Below, in pieces: positions 17,391 to 23,717 of a stretch of 31,748 nucleotides of DNA (positions within the stretch are counted from its first letter, which is position 1; the number at the start of each line of letters is the position of its first letter). The DNA lies in the IMG/VR virus record IMGVR_UViG_3300020388_000042, positions 1 through 31,748 of that record; one strand, 5' to 3'. Made by a program: the position numbers and the translations under genes. Under the pieces are notes generated by a model. The model ran no database searches. It saw nothing but the letters and a program-made list of their open reading frames with translations, and was not told the origin of the DNA. This DNA comes from a virus (lineage: Duplodnaviria; Caudoviricetes).

Positions 17391-18550
17391 CCGACCTGGC
17401 CGACCGCTTGCTGCGCTGCATCATCCATAAGGTGGGCATAACGGCTTGTGCTTTGCTGACTCTGGTGTCCTAAAAGCTGGCCAACGATGCCAAGGCTCAT
17501 TCCTGAGCTGAGGGCAAAGCTGGCAAAGCTATGACGCAGATCGTGGATGCGCAGCAGTCCCCACCTTGGATGCAAACCGATTTCGGCATCGTCAAGCATG
17601 GCGAGCCACATTTTGCGGTGCCCGCTTAGCGGTTGTTCTGGTTTGCTGCTAGGGATAATCCATGGGCTGTCGGGGTTGTGTTCCTTAAGTTCATGCAAAA
17701 TCCGCATAGCTGGCTCGCTGAGATGAATCACCAAATCGTCCTGGGTTTGTTCGCCTGTCTTGTGATGGGTGAAGGGCACCGTCATCTTGCACCCATTCCA
17801 GCTCAGCCAATCCCAACGAGCTTCCATGATGTTGCGGAGCCTAGCCCCGGTGAGCAGCAGCAGACGGATCATCTGAGCAAACCGCCAACGGACAGCTTCA
17901 GGGTCTCTGTCGGTCCAGTCGTCTAAAACAGCCCGAAGACGCTCCAGCTCTTCAGTGCTGAGGTAGCGCTTCCGCTTGACCTCTGGGTGGGCCTTGATCT
18001 CAGCGCAAGGGTTATCTCCCTCAAACCACCCCCAGCCTTTTGCAAGGTCAATCGCCTTACTAAGCACTTCAAGTGCTCGATTAGCTGTACTTGGGAAGCG
18101 GTGGTTGGAATGAAATCGTTTGACCTCTTCATTAGTCAGGCGTTGCACTCGGGTCTTCCCCATGCTCGGCAACAAATGCAAGCGCCACAAGATTTCGTCG
18201 TTATAGCCTGACCGTTTCGAATCGCCGTGCTCTGCCATGTATCGCTTGGCTAAGTCGGCTAAGTCCGGTGCAGTCCGGCGTTTGTGCCGCGCAGCTCCTG
18301 GATCTTTGCCTTGGTCAACGGATGCCAGCACCTGCCGCGCATCCTTTCGCGCCTGGTCTGGTGTCATAGTCTCAGGGCGACCTAGCTTGTAGTCCCGTTG
18401 GATCCTGTCTTCTGTCCTGTAGCGAACGTAGTAGGTCATTGATCCAGTCGCACCGACCAGCAGAAAAAATCCAGGCAATGTCCTGTCCTGAATTTTGTAT
18501 CTTGACCCTGTTACTTTTGCGGTTGTTATTGTTGCTTTGGTTATCTTCAT
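17372..18550 (-). CDS. int: Tyrosine integrase with N-terminal arm-DNA-binding domain
   Basis: Catalytic LLLLTGAR, RIHDLRHSFAS and LLGHQSQQSTSRYAHL. N-terminal D..LPGF.L.V...G..TY.VRYR arm-binding domain. Confidence 0.96.
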   Translation of the reverse strand: MKITKATITTAKVTGSRYKIQDRTLPGFFLLVGATGSMTYYVRYRTEDRIQRDYKLGRPETMTPDQARKDARQVLASVDQGKDPGAARHKRRTAPDLADLAKRYMAEHGDSKRSGYNDEILWRLHLLPSMGKTRVQRLTNEEVKRFHSNHRFPSTANRALEVLSKAIDLAKGWGWFEGDNPCAEIKAHPEVKRKRYLSTEELERLRAVLDDWTDRDPEAVRWRFAQMIRLLLLTGARLRNIMEARWDWLSWNGCKMTVPFTHHKTGEQTQDDLVIHLSEPAMRILHELKEHNPDSPWIIPSSKPEQPLSGHRKMWLAMLDDAEIGLHPRWGLLRIHDLRHSFASFALSSGMSLGIVGQLLGHQSQQSTSRYAHLMDDAAQQAVGQVGQLVRL

Positions 18551-18551
18551 C

Positions 18552-18571
18552 TGTCCCCCATCTGTCCCCCA
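18552..18571. repeat. attP left arm-type repeat (TGTCCCCCA x2)
   Basis: TGTCCCCCATCTGTCCCCCA, identical to 18791-18810 on the other side of the tRNA-derived core. Confidence 0.8.
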
Positions 18572-18679
18572 AAATGACGGGAACTAAAAGGACATTACAG
18601 GAAAGCTAAAGACAATTCCACTAATAAAATCAAATGCTTAAGTATCTACAAGTATGCAGGATGAACCCCAAGATTGATC

Positions 18680-18724
18680 CTCATAACCTGAAGGTCAGAG
18701 GTTCAAATCCTCTCCCCGCAACCA
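18680..18724 (+). mobile_element. attP core: 3' half of a tRNA-Met(CAT), initiator-like
   Basis: CTCATAACCTGAAGGTCAGAGGTTCAAATCCTCTCCCCGCAACCA contains the anticodon loop (CAT), T-arm, acceptor 3' strand and CCA. No 5' half is present upstream. Lies 130 bp from the int start. Confidence 0.9.
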
Positions 18725-18746
18725 AAAAACATAACAAAAACAACGA

Positions 18747-19121
18747 CTAATTAGCTGCTCTGCTTGGCGGCTCTTGTGCGTCATCTTGTGTGTCCCCCAT
18801 CTGTCCCCCACTAATTCGGCCTTCTGGCAAGTAATGCACATTTTTAATCGTTCTGATTCGATGGCAGTTGCAGCAGCGTACTTCACATTTTTCAATTTCT
18901 GATTTTATTGATTTCAAACCACGGCCATCAGCGACGCCGCGTGAAATGTTGAATTCTTTTTGGCTTGGATCGATGTGGTCAAACTCTAAGACCCTAATGT
19001 CGTCTTCTCCACAATCAACGCAAGGATGATTTGCGAGATATGCTTTTATCCAACTTCGAGCCTTCATTCGTCGAGCAGTTCTTAGCGCCCTAGCTCTGCC
19101 TTTTCTGCTGTGACTCTGCAT
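18747..19121 (-). CDS. HNH endonuclease-like protein
   Basis: CVDCGE.D.RVLEFDH.D...K...IS and EI.KCEVRCCNCHRIRT motifs. Confidence 0.85.
   Translation of the reverse strand: MQSHSRKGRARALRTARRMKARSWIKAYLANHPCVDCGEDDIRVLEFDHIDPSQKEFNISRGVADGRGLKSIKSEIEKCEVRCCNCHRIRTIKNVHYLPEGRISGGQMGDTQDDAQEPPSRAAN
18791..18810. repeat. attP right arm-type repeat (TGTCCCCCA x2)
   Basis: Exact 20-bp direct repeat of 18552-18571. Confidence 0.8.
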
Positions 19122-19140
19122 CGGCAGACCGCTTGCGCGT

Positions 19141-19161
19141 ACCTCGTTACAGTAACGAGGT
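19141..19161. promoter_or_regulatory. Perfect 21-bp palindrome, putative operator
   Basis: ACCTCGTTAC-A-GTAACGAGGT in the 63-bp gap between the divergent HNH and NblA-like genes. Confidence 0.5.
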
Positions 19162-19184
19162 CTGCTGTGCTATAGGGAACCTCT

Positions 19185-19442
19185 ATGGGCTGGCTCAATT
19201 TTGAACGGGCGCTGGAAGATGAATGGCAGATGGAGCAGCAAGCTCGCGTAATTCGGGGCTGTCATGACGTCAAAGAGCTGCAACAAATTTCTGAGAGCTT
19301 GTTTCGCGCCTGGTCTCAGCAATGCGACATTACTGCACAACTAATCCGCCAGATAGCAGAGCTCGAAGTCGAAGCGGGTTTAGAGCCTGATAATTCTGAA
19401 TATGTCCAGTGGGCAAAAAGTCTTTGGGATAAAAAAGACTAA
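19185..19442 (+). CDS. nblA: NblA-like phycobilisome degradation protein (candidate)
   Basis: ALEDEWQMEQQARVIRGCHDVKELQQISESLFRAWSQQ fits the two-helix marine NblA pattern (LEQxF..E...R.I....D..EL......L..AW..Q), recognised by eye. Confidence 0.55.
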   Translation: MGWLNFERALEDEWQMEQQARVIRGCHDVKELQQISESLFRAWSQQCDITAQLIRQIAELEVEAGLEPDNSEYVQWAKSLWDKKD

Positions 19443-19550
19443 AGTTTCCAAGGTTTAAAATGCTCAACGTATTTTTGAGCAGTCCATAAATCTGAACAGT
19501 AACGACAATATCCTGCAAAACAAACTCGATATGCTACGTCGTTTAAATTT

Positions 19551-19823
19551 TCAATCGTCGGATTCCGCGTCATTACGTTTAAATATCACCTTGGAAGAAA
19601 GCAGCAATTGCGAGATGGTCCAAGTGTCGCCGTTGCGTTCTCTTACAACGTACTGAGGCCAAAGAGTGCTTTGCACTCGCGTAACGACGACTGCTGCTTG
19701 ATCTTGGTTCCAACCGTAAACATAGACTAAATCTCCATCTTTAAATCGCCAAACATTTCGTTTTTTTGTTAGATGTCTTGCTTGGTACATCAGGGATCGA
19801 AAAGTAGAAGAAAACGAGTCCAT
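19551..19823 (-). CDS. Hypothetical protein (SH3-like beta-rich, cyanophage type)
   Basis: WRFKDGDLVYV...WPQYVV....G.TW.ISQL.LSS. Likely start is ATG 19823 (alternative 19790), just after the upstream stop. Confidence 0.65.
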   Translation of the reverse strand: MDSFSSTFRSLMYQARHLTKKRNVWRFKDGDLVYVYGWNQDQAAVVVTRVQSTLWPQYVVRERNGDTWTISQLLLSSKVIFKRNDAESDD

Positions 19824-19825
19824 GT

Positions 19826-20040
19826 CTATTTCGCACGTATTACGCGGACTTCGGTGTGATAGCCCCAACCATTCAGCAGTAGCTTAGATCTTTCAATGGC
19901 TAAATCCATTGTGTCTGCAAACCAAGCTTTTTTTACATCTTTACAAAGCGTTAATTCTTTAGGAATTAGCTGGTTTTTGCTTTGCCCTTGTGGAGCGCAA
20001 ATCCATTCGTGGCCGTGGACCAATCCGTAACCTATCGAGA
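19826..20040 (-). CDS. Hypothetical protein, start uncertain
   Basis: The C-terminal part of ORF 19826..20158 (YGLVHGHEWICAP...GWGYHTEVRVIRAK) fills the gap between neighbouring genes. Its 5' part overlaps a more credible small gene. Confidence 0.5.
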
Positions 20041-20187
20041 TGCTTCCTTGGCTAGCGCTGCGCAAGCTTTTTGGATTCCCATTTCGCAGTCTCTTTTGGT
20101 CATATCGTCCAAGGTGCTCGTCAGCGACCACCAAAATGCGGCTGCAAGTGTTGCGCACAGAACTGTCGTTGCGATTGATTCTTTCAT
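20032..20187 (-). CDS. 51-aa small membrane/secreted-type hypothetical protein
   Basis: MKESIATTVLCATLAAAFWWSLTSTLDDMTKRDCEMGIQKACAALAKEASR: hydrophobic N-terminus and a Cys pair. Not in the ORF track. Confidence 0.65.
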   Translation of the reverse strand: MKESIATTVLCATLAAAFWWSLTSTLDDMTKRDCEMGIQKACAALAKEASR

Positions 20188-20223
20188 TTTATTTTGGATT
20201 TGTTTGGTTTTAGTTGAAGAAAA

Positions 20224-20376
20224 TCAATAGCCCATGTCTGCGCTGATCTCTTCGTTCAAGCGAGTCCAAAGCTCTTTAGCGGTAACGCGGTTGTTGACGT
20301 AGTCATCGCGCATTTGAGCAACGTCGAAGCCGTATTCGGTGGCCAGCTCTTTGATGTCGTTGAAGGTGATGGTCAT
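20224..20376 (-). CDS. 50-aa early hypothetical protein
   Basis: MTITFNDIKELATEYGFDVAQMRDDYVNNRVTAKELWTRLNEEISADMGY. Strong C-ending codon bias; lies directly behind a promoter cassette. Not in the ORF track. Confidence 0.75.
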   Translation of the reverse strand: MTITFNDIKELATEYGFDVAQMRDDYVNNRVTAKELWTRLNEEISADMGY

Positions 20377-20427
20377 TTGTTTGGGGGGGAGTGTGGGGAT
20401 CTTTCCCTTGTGCTCTCAGTATAACAG
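20377..20427 (-). promoter_or_regulatory. Early promoter/leader cassette 1
   Basis: Minus strand: extended -10 TGTTATACT, hairpin GGGA-AAGA-TCCC and C/A-rich leader. 19 bp (20409-20427) are identical to 21812-21830. Confidence 0.7.
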
Positions 20428-20491
20428 CAAAACCGCGAGCCGTCCATAGATTTCGATTGTTCCTAGAGTTCTCTGAGCCGTAGGGCTCTGT

Positions 20492-20809
20492 ATGGAGGCG
20501 TGGATCGATGACAAATTTCTTATTACGAAAAGACACGCTCGACAAGTTTTTAGGTCCGACATTTTGAGCGATTGGGGCCACCTCTGCGCTTACTGCGGCA
20601 AACCAGCGACAACGTTGGACCACGTTCATCCAAAGAGCAGTGGCGGTTTAACTGTTCCGCAAAATCTGGTTGCATGTTGCATCCACTGCAATGGAAGCAA
20701 AAGCAGCCAAAACGTTTGGGAGTGGTGGCGCGGTCAATCTTTTTGGCAAATTGAACGGGAGTTAATTTTGGTTGAATGGCTTGAAGATTGGGATTTACTA
20801 AGAGCTTGA
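20492..20809 (+). CDS. HNH endonuclease
   Basis: CAYCG..ATTLDHVHPKS.GG....NLVACC..CN.SK motif. Confidence 0.92.
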   Translation: MEAWIDDKFLITKRHARQVFRSDILSDWGHLCAYCGKPATTLDHVHPKSSGGLTVPQNLVACCIHCNGSKSSQNVWEWWRGQSFWQIERELILVEWLEDWDLLRA

Positions 20810-21087
20810 TATTGCAAACAATCTCTAGCAGCTTTCATGCCATCCTCTAAAGGATCTGGAAAGCCAAAACCGCAATACGAGTCGCCGTCTCTTTTAACCC
20901 AATTCCGGCATAAGTCGCAACGACCTGAGCCGCGTCTTTTAAGCTCTGGCGCGTGCTGCAGGTGGGACACGCCGCAGCGAACGTCTGAGACGGCTTGGTA
21001 AGAACAACAGACGACTTTTGCAGCTTGGCGGTCGTTTAACGGAGAGGAGAGAAGGAAGCGGACATCCGCTTCCGTAAGTTTTGGCAT
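20734..21087 (-). CDS. Hypothetical protein with HTH-like N-terminus and Cys-rich (Zn-binding) C-terminus
   Basis: KLTEADVR.LL......AAK...CS.QAVS.VR.G, then C..C..W......C.FGFPD.......A.DC..Y. Confidence 0.65.
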   Translation of the reverse strand: MPKLTEADVRFLLSSPLNDRQAAKVVCCSYQAVSDVRCGVSHLQHAPELKRRGSGRCDLCRNWVKRDGDSYCGFGFPDPLEDGMKAARDCLQYQALSKSQSSSHSTKINSRSICQKD

Positions 21088-21094
21088 TGTCTGC

Positions 21095-21421
21095 TTAGTT
21101 AAGCGTAAAAAACAGGTTGCAAGCCCGCTCGCAAATGTCTTTTAGCTCCTCACAGCTGACTAGTGGTAGATCAACTACTTTCTTCATCTCAAATGTCTTT
21201 TTGCTCATTCTCCAAGCTTCAACGTTGTAAAGGTCGTGGCCGTGATCGTAAGTGACTTGGAGATGTGTAATTTTTTTGCCAGCTGGTCCAACTTGGCGTC
21301 CAAAAACAAGCTTGGCGCTGTTTTCGTCTACAACAATCTGGCATTTGGTCATTACGCTGATTTGATTGATGCCGCCCATCTGCTTAAGCAGGGTGTCTAC
21401 AACTGGGGTGATTGCGGTCAT
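21095..21421 (-). CDS. Early hypothetical protein
   Basis: ORF 21095..21445, with the start moved to the second ATG (21421) because the upstream part is the promoter-leader cassette. Confidence 0.75.
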   Translation of the reverse strand: MTAITPVVDTLLKQMGGINQISVMTKCQIVVDENSAKLVFGRQVGPAGKKITHLQVTYDHGHDLYNVEAWRMSKKTFEMKKVVDLPLVSCEELKDICERACNLFFTLN

Positions 21422-21470
21422 TGCTTGAAGGGTGTCGGTGAGCATCGCTGCTCGTGTTTACAGTATAAGG
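21422..21470 (-). promoter_or_regulatory. Early promoter/leader cassette 2
   Basis: Minus-strand TATACT (21462-67), hairpin GAGCA-GCGA-TGCTC (21440-53), C-rich leader, ATG 18 nt later. Confidence 0.65.
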
Positions 21471-21643
21471 CAAAGACCGCTAGCACGCCAGCAATCCGCC
21501 ATTAAGTGGGGGTTGTCACGCCTGGTCAGCTCTGGACTCTCCGCTCTGTTATCCCCCTTGTAACTATTTTGGCAAAACTTTGACTCGGTTTGGAAAAATC
21601 CTGGAAAATTGCTCGCGTTTGTTTCTAGACATTTGTTCAGGGA

Positions 21644-21781
21644 TCAGAGGTTAAAAAGTTGACGTGAAAACTGACGGAACTCTTTGCCTGTCAGGTAGCG
21701 GGTAGAAATACCGTTGGTGACCACATAGGCTTTGCCTTCTTTGCCTGTAAAGCGGTAGTCGGTAAAATCAGGGGCTTTCAT
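21644..21781 (-). CDS. 45-aa early hypothetical protein
   Basis: MKAPDFTDYRFTGKEGKAYVVTNGISTRYLTGKEFRQFSRQLFNL; start placed after cassette 3. Confidence 0.65.
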   Translation of the reverse strand: MKAPDFTDYRFTGKEGKAYVVTNGISTRYLTGKEFRQFSRQLFNL

Positions 21782-21830
21782 TTTTAGAAGGGGTTGCGAG
21801 GATCTCTCCTCTGTGCTCTCAGTATAACAG
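21782..21830 (-). promoter_or_regulatory. Early promoter/leader cassette 3
   Basis: Minus-strand TGTTATACT, hairpin GAGGA-GAGA-TCCTC (21798-21811), C-rich leader. Confidence 0.7.
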
Positions 21831-21850
21831 AAAAACAGAGAACCGGGCAC

Positions 21851-22153
21851 TTAATCCCAGTAATTGCCAAGCCTGAATTCTTGAACCCAATGTCGGGCAA
21901 TTGACTCAGCAGCCTCTAAGCGGACAGCCTTGGGAAACATTGCTTGCCAATTGGTGCTCATCGATCCATGCTCGATCCTGTACTGCTTAGCGGCTGGGGT
22001 CAGGCAGTAACGCTCAATCGCGTGGATCGCTTTGTCTAAATCAAACTCGCCACGCTTGTAGTGCTTGCTCAAATTTTTGATGACTGGATGAATGTATGCT
22101 TCGACGTTGGTGGCATAAAGCTCTAGCTCTGTTGCCGCTTCTGAAAGTTTCAT
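21851..22153 (-). CDS. Early hypothetical protein
   Basis: MKLSEAATELELYATN...PVIKNL.K..KRG.FD...AI motif; start placed at ATG 22153 after cassette 4. Confidence 0.8.
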   Translation of the reverse strand: MKLSEAATELELYATNVEAYIHPVIKNLSKHYKRGEFDLDKAIHAIERYCLTPAAKQYRIEHGSMSTNWQAMFPKAVRLEAAESIARHWVQEFRLGNYWD

Positions 22154-22204
22154 TTGTTTAATGGGGTTGAGGAACATCGCTGCTCCGTTGCCAACAGTAT
22201 GGCA
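22154..22204 (-). promoter_or_regulatory. Early promoter/leader cassette 4
   Basis: Minus-strand TGCCATACT, hairpin GGAGCA-GCGA-TGTTCC (22171-86), C-rich leader. Confidence 0.6.
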
Positions 22205-22299
22205 TAGAAACCGGCAGCACAGGAACAGGGCGTTAACAAACTGTTACTTACCTGTTCTTGGACTGTTGCTTGGATGTAATCTGTAGACCAAGGGGACCG

Positions 22300-22332
22300 A
22301 GGCAGGAGCTGGTAGCTTCCTGCCTTTTTTTT
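22300..22332 (+). terminator. Intrinsic terminator on the + strand
   Basis: AGGCAGGAGCT-GGT-AGCTTCCTGCCT followed by a T run (22325-22332). The U-tract exists only in the + orientation. Confidence 0.7.
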
Positions 22333-22334
22333 GT

Positions 22335-22817
22335 CTAAAAAATTTCAGCTGTAAAAAAGTTTTGGCTGGCGATTATTTCGCCATCTTTGAACAAAGAAAG
22401 TGACAACTCTGGATAAGAAACCCATTTGTTCCAAGTGCTTTGTCCACACAGCAAGATTTGATCCTTAGCAATTTCTGTTTGTAAGGTGACAGTGCTGCTG
22501 TAACTGCTAGTCCCGTAAGAGGTTTTCCTGCCCGATGCACTTGCTCGTAGTTTTAGCTGATCCCCGCCGGAAAAAGTGCCGTCTAAAGCTGAGTCAAAAA
22601 TATCGACAGTGACTGAGGTGAGAACACCTAATGGCTGGATATTAAAATCAAACTTGTCTCCGGTGACATCGTCAAGTTTTTGTTGAAACTTATCTAAGCG
22701 CGTTTTTTGTTTTTCAATGCGTGCCAAACGGCGACTTGTAGGAGCCAATCCAGTAAGCCTGTCCAATCGCTCTGAAATTTGACCAATTTTGCGGCTTAGC
22801 GTAGTTGCGAGAGCCAT
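22335..22817 (-). CDS. Hypothetical protein (coiled-coil N-terminus, beta-rich C-terminus)
   Basis: 160-aa ORF with no competing frame; family not recognised. Confidence 0.7.
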   Translation of the reverse strand: MALATTLSRKIGQISERLDRLTGLAPTSRRLARIEKQKTRLDKFQQKLDDVTGDKFDFNIQPLGVLTSVTVDIFDSALDGTFSGGDQLKLRASASGRKTSYGTSSYSSTVTLQTEIAKDQILLCGQSTWNKWVSYPELSLSLFKDGEIIASQNFFTAEIF

Positions 22818-22947
22818 GGTTCAAGAGTTGGGTAATGGGAAAAAGAAAGTGAATAAGGGCGGGCCTCCGATACCGTTTAAGAAATGATTTGCACCCCGAG
22901 GCAAATCATCCGGTCCTCGCCTTTACAGGTGGAGGCGACCCGCAAAA

Positions 22948-23187
22948 TTAGACTAAAGGGTTTTGGCTTAGCGTTATGGAGAACTGCGAGTTTGGCCAAC
23001 GATTTTTGGCGTACAACTTTGCTTTTTTAATGGACTCAGCCGGCATCGTCACGATCATCTTTTGATTGTTTTCAAGCACGACATTGACGCGATAAAGTCG
23101 TGTCCTTGCTTTGAGATTGGGACGGCTGACACCGACACCATGCTGAGAGTCTGGGTGCAAATTTTGAAAAGCTGTTGAGATGTTCAT
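22948..23187 (-). CDS. Cyanophage-type hypothetical protein
   Basis: G.GVSRP...ARTR.Y.V.V......M......AES...A..YA.NRWP pattern. ATGA overlap with the upstream gene fixes the start at 23187. Confidence 0.75.
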   Translation of the reverse strand: MNISTAFQNLHPDSQHGVGVSRPNLKARTRLYRVNVVLENNQKMIVTMPAESIKKAKLYAKNRWPNSQFSITLSQNPLV

Positions 23188-23681
23188 GGCGTTTGCAGTG
23201 GATCTTTGTACTGAGAAAAAGGAGTGCTTTCTACGGACCATCGATCGTGCAGCAGCTTGCTGCCTGTCCCGTTCAAAAAATTGCGGACAGTCTTCGGGTT
23301 GTAATTATGCTTCCGGGCAAAATCGTCTTGTTCGCCAAGTTTGACAACAGTTGCCTCTGCTATTGAGTAACGATTTAATTCATGGTCCCAAAGACGCCAC
23401 CTCGGAAATCTTTTGTGATCTGGTTTCGCGCCTGCGTGCGTTTTGATGAACCAAAGAAAAACGCCAGCGCTGCCATGTTTTTCGTAACGGATTAATCCAG
23501 CCTTGCGCAGGCGAATGACAGATGAATTGAGGTTGGGACGTTGCATCTTGCCGCAGCGTTCTGAAAGATCGCCGAGCAAATACCAGCCACAACCCATGCC
23601 GCTAATCTGAATAAGGTTCAGAACGTCCAGGGTCCGGTAGTTACGGCGCAATGCTTCGATGTATTCGGGGTTTGTGATCAT
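23184..23681 (-). CDS. Hypothetical protein, possibly DNA-binding (winged-HTH-like)
   Basis: Basic 165-aa protein; LGDLSERCG...RPNLNSSVIRLRKAGLIRYE resembles a wHTH. Confidence 0.6.
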   Translation of the reverse strand: MITNPEYIEALRRNYRTLDVLNLIQISGMGCGWYLLGDLSERCGKMQRPNLNSSVIRLRKAGLIRYEKHGSAGVFLWFIKTHAGAKPDHKRFPRWRLWDHELNRYSIAEATVVKLGEQDDFARKHNYNPKTVRNFLNGTGSKLLHDRWSVESTPFSQYKDPLQTP

Positions 23682-23717
23682 GGTTGTAAGAGGCCATCGC
23701 TGGCCCCTAACTAAAGG

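Noticed and set aside
18680-18724. Complete tRNA-Met gene
   Set aside because: Only the anticodon loop to CCA is present. The upstream sequence cannot form the D-arm or the 5' acceptor strand, so it is an att core.
18753-18777. Terminator after the attP core
   Set aside because: The stem relies on several G-U pairs and lacks a proper U-tract; too weak to call.
19146-19161. HLR1 (RpaB) or LexA box upstream of the NblA-like gene
   Set aside because: Only one GTTACA half-site in direct orientation, and no match to the cyanobacterial LexA consensus.
22905-22943. HDV-like ribozyme suggested by TCCTCGC
   Set aside because: I could not build the required P1/P3/P1.1 nested pseudoknot around it.
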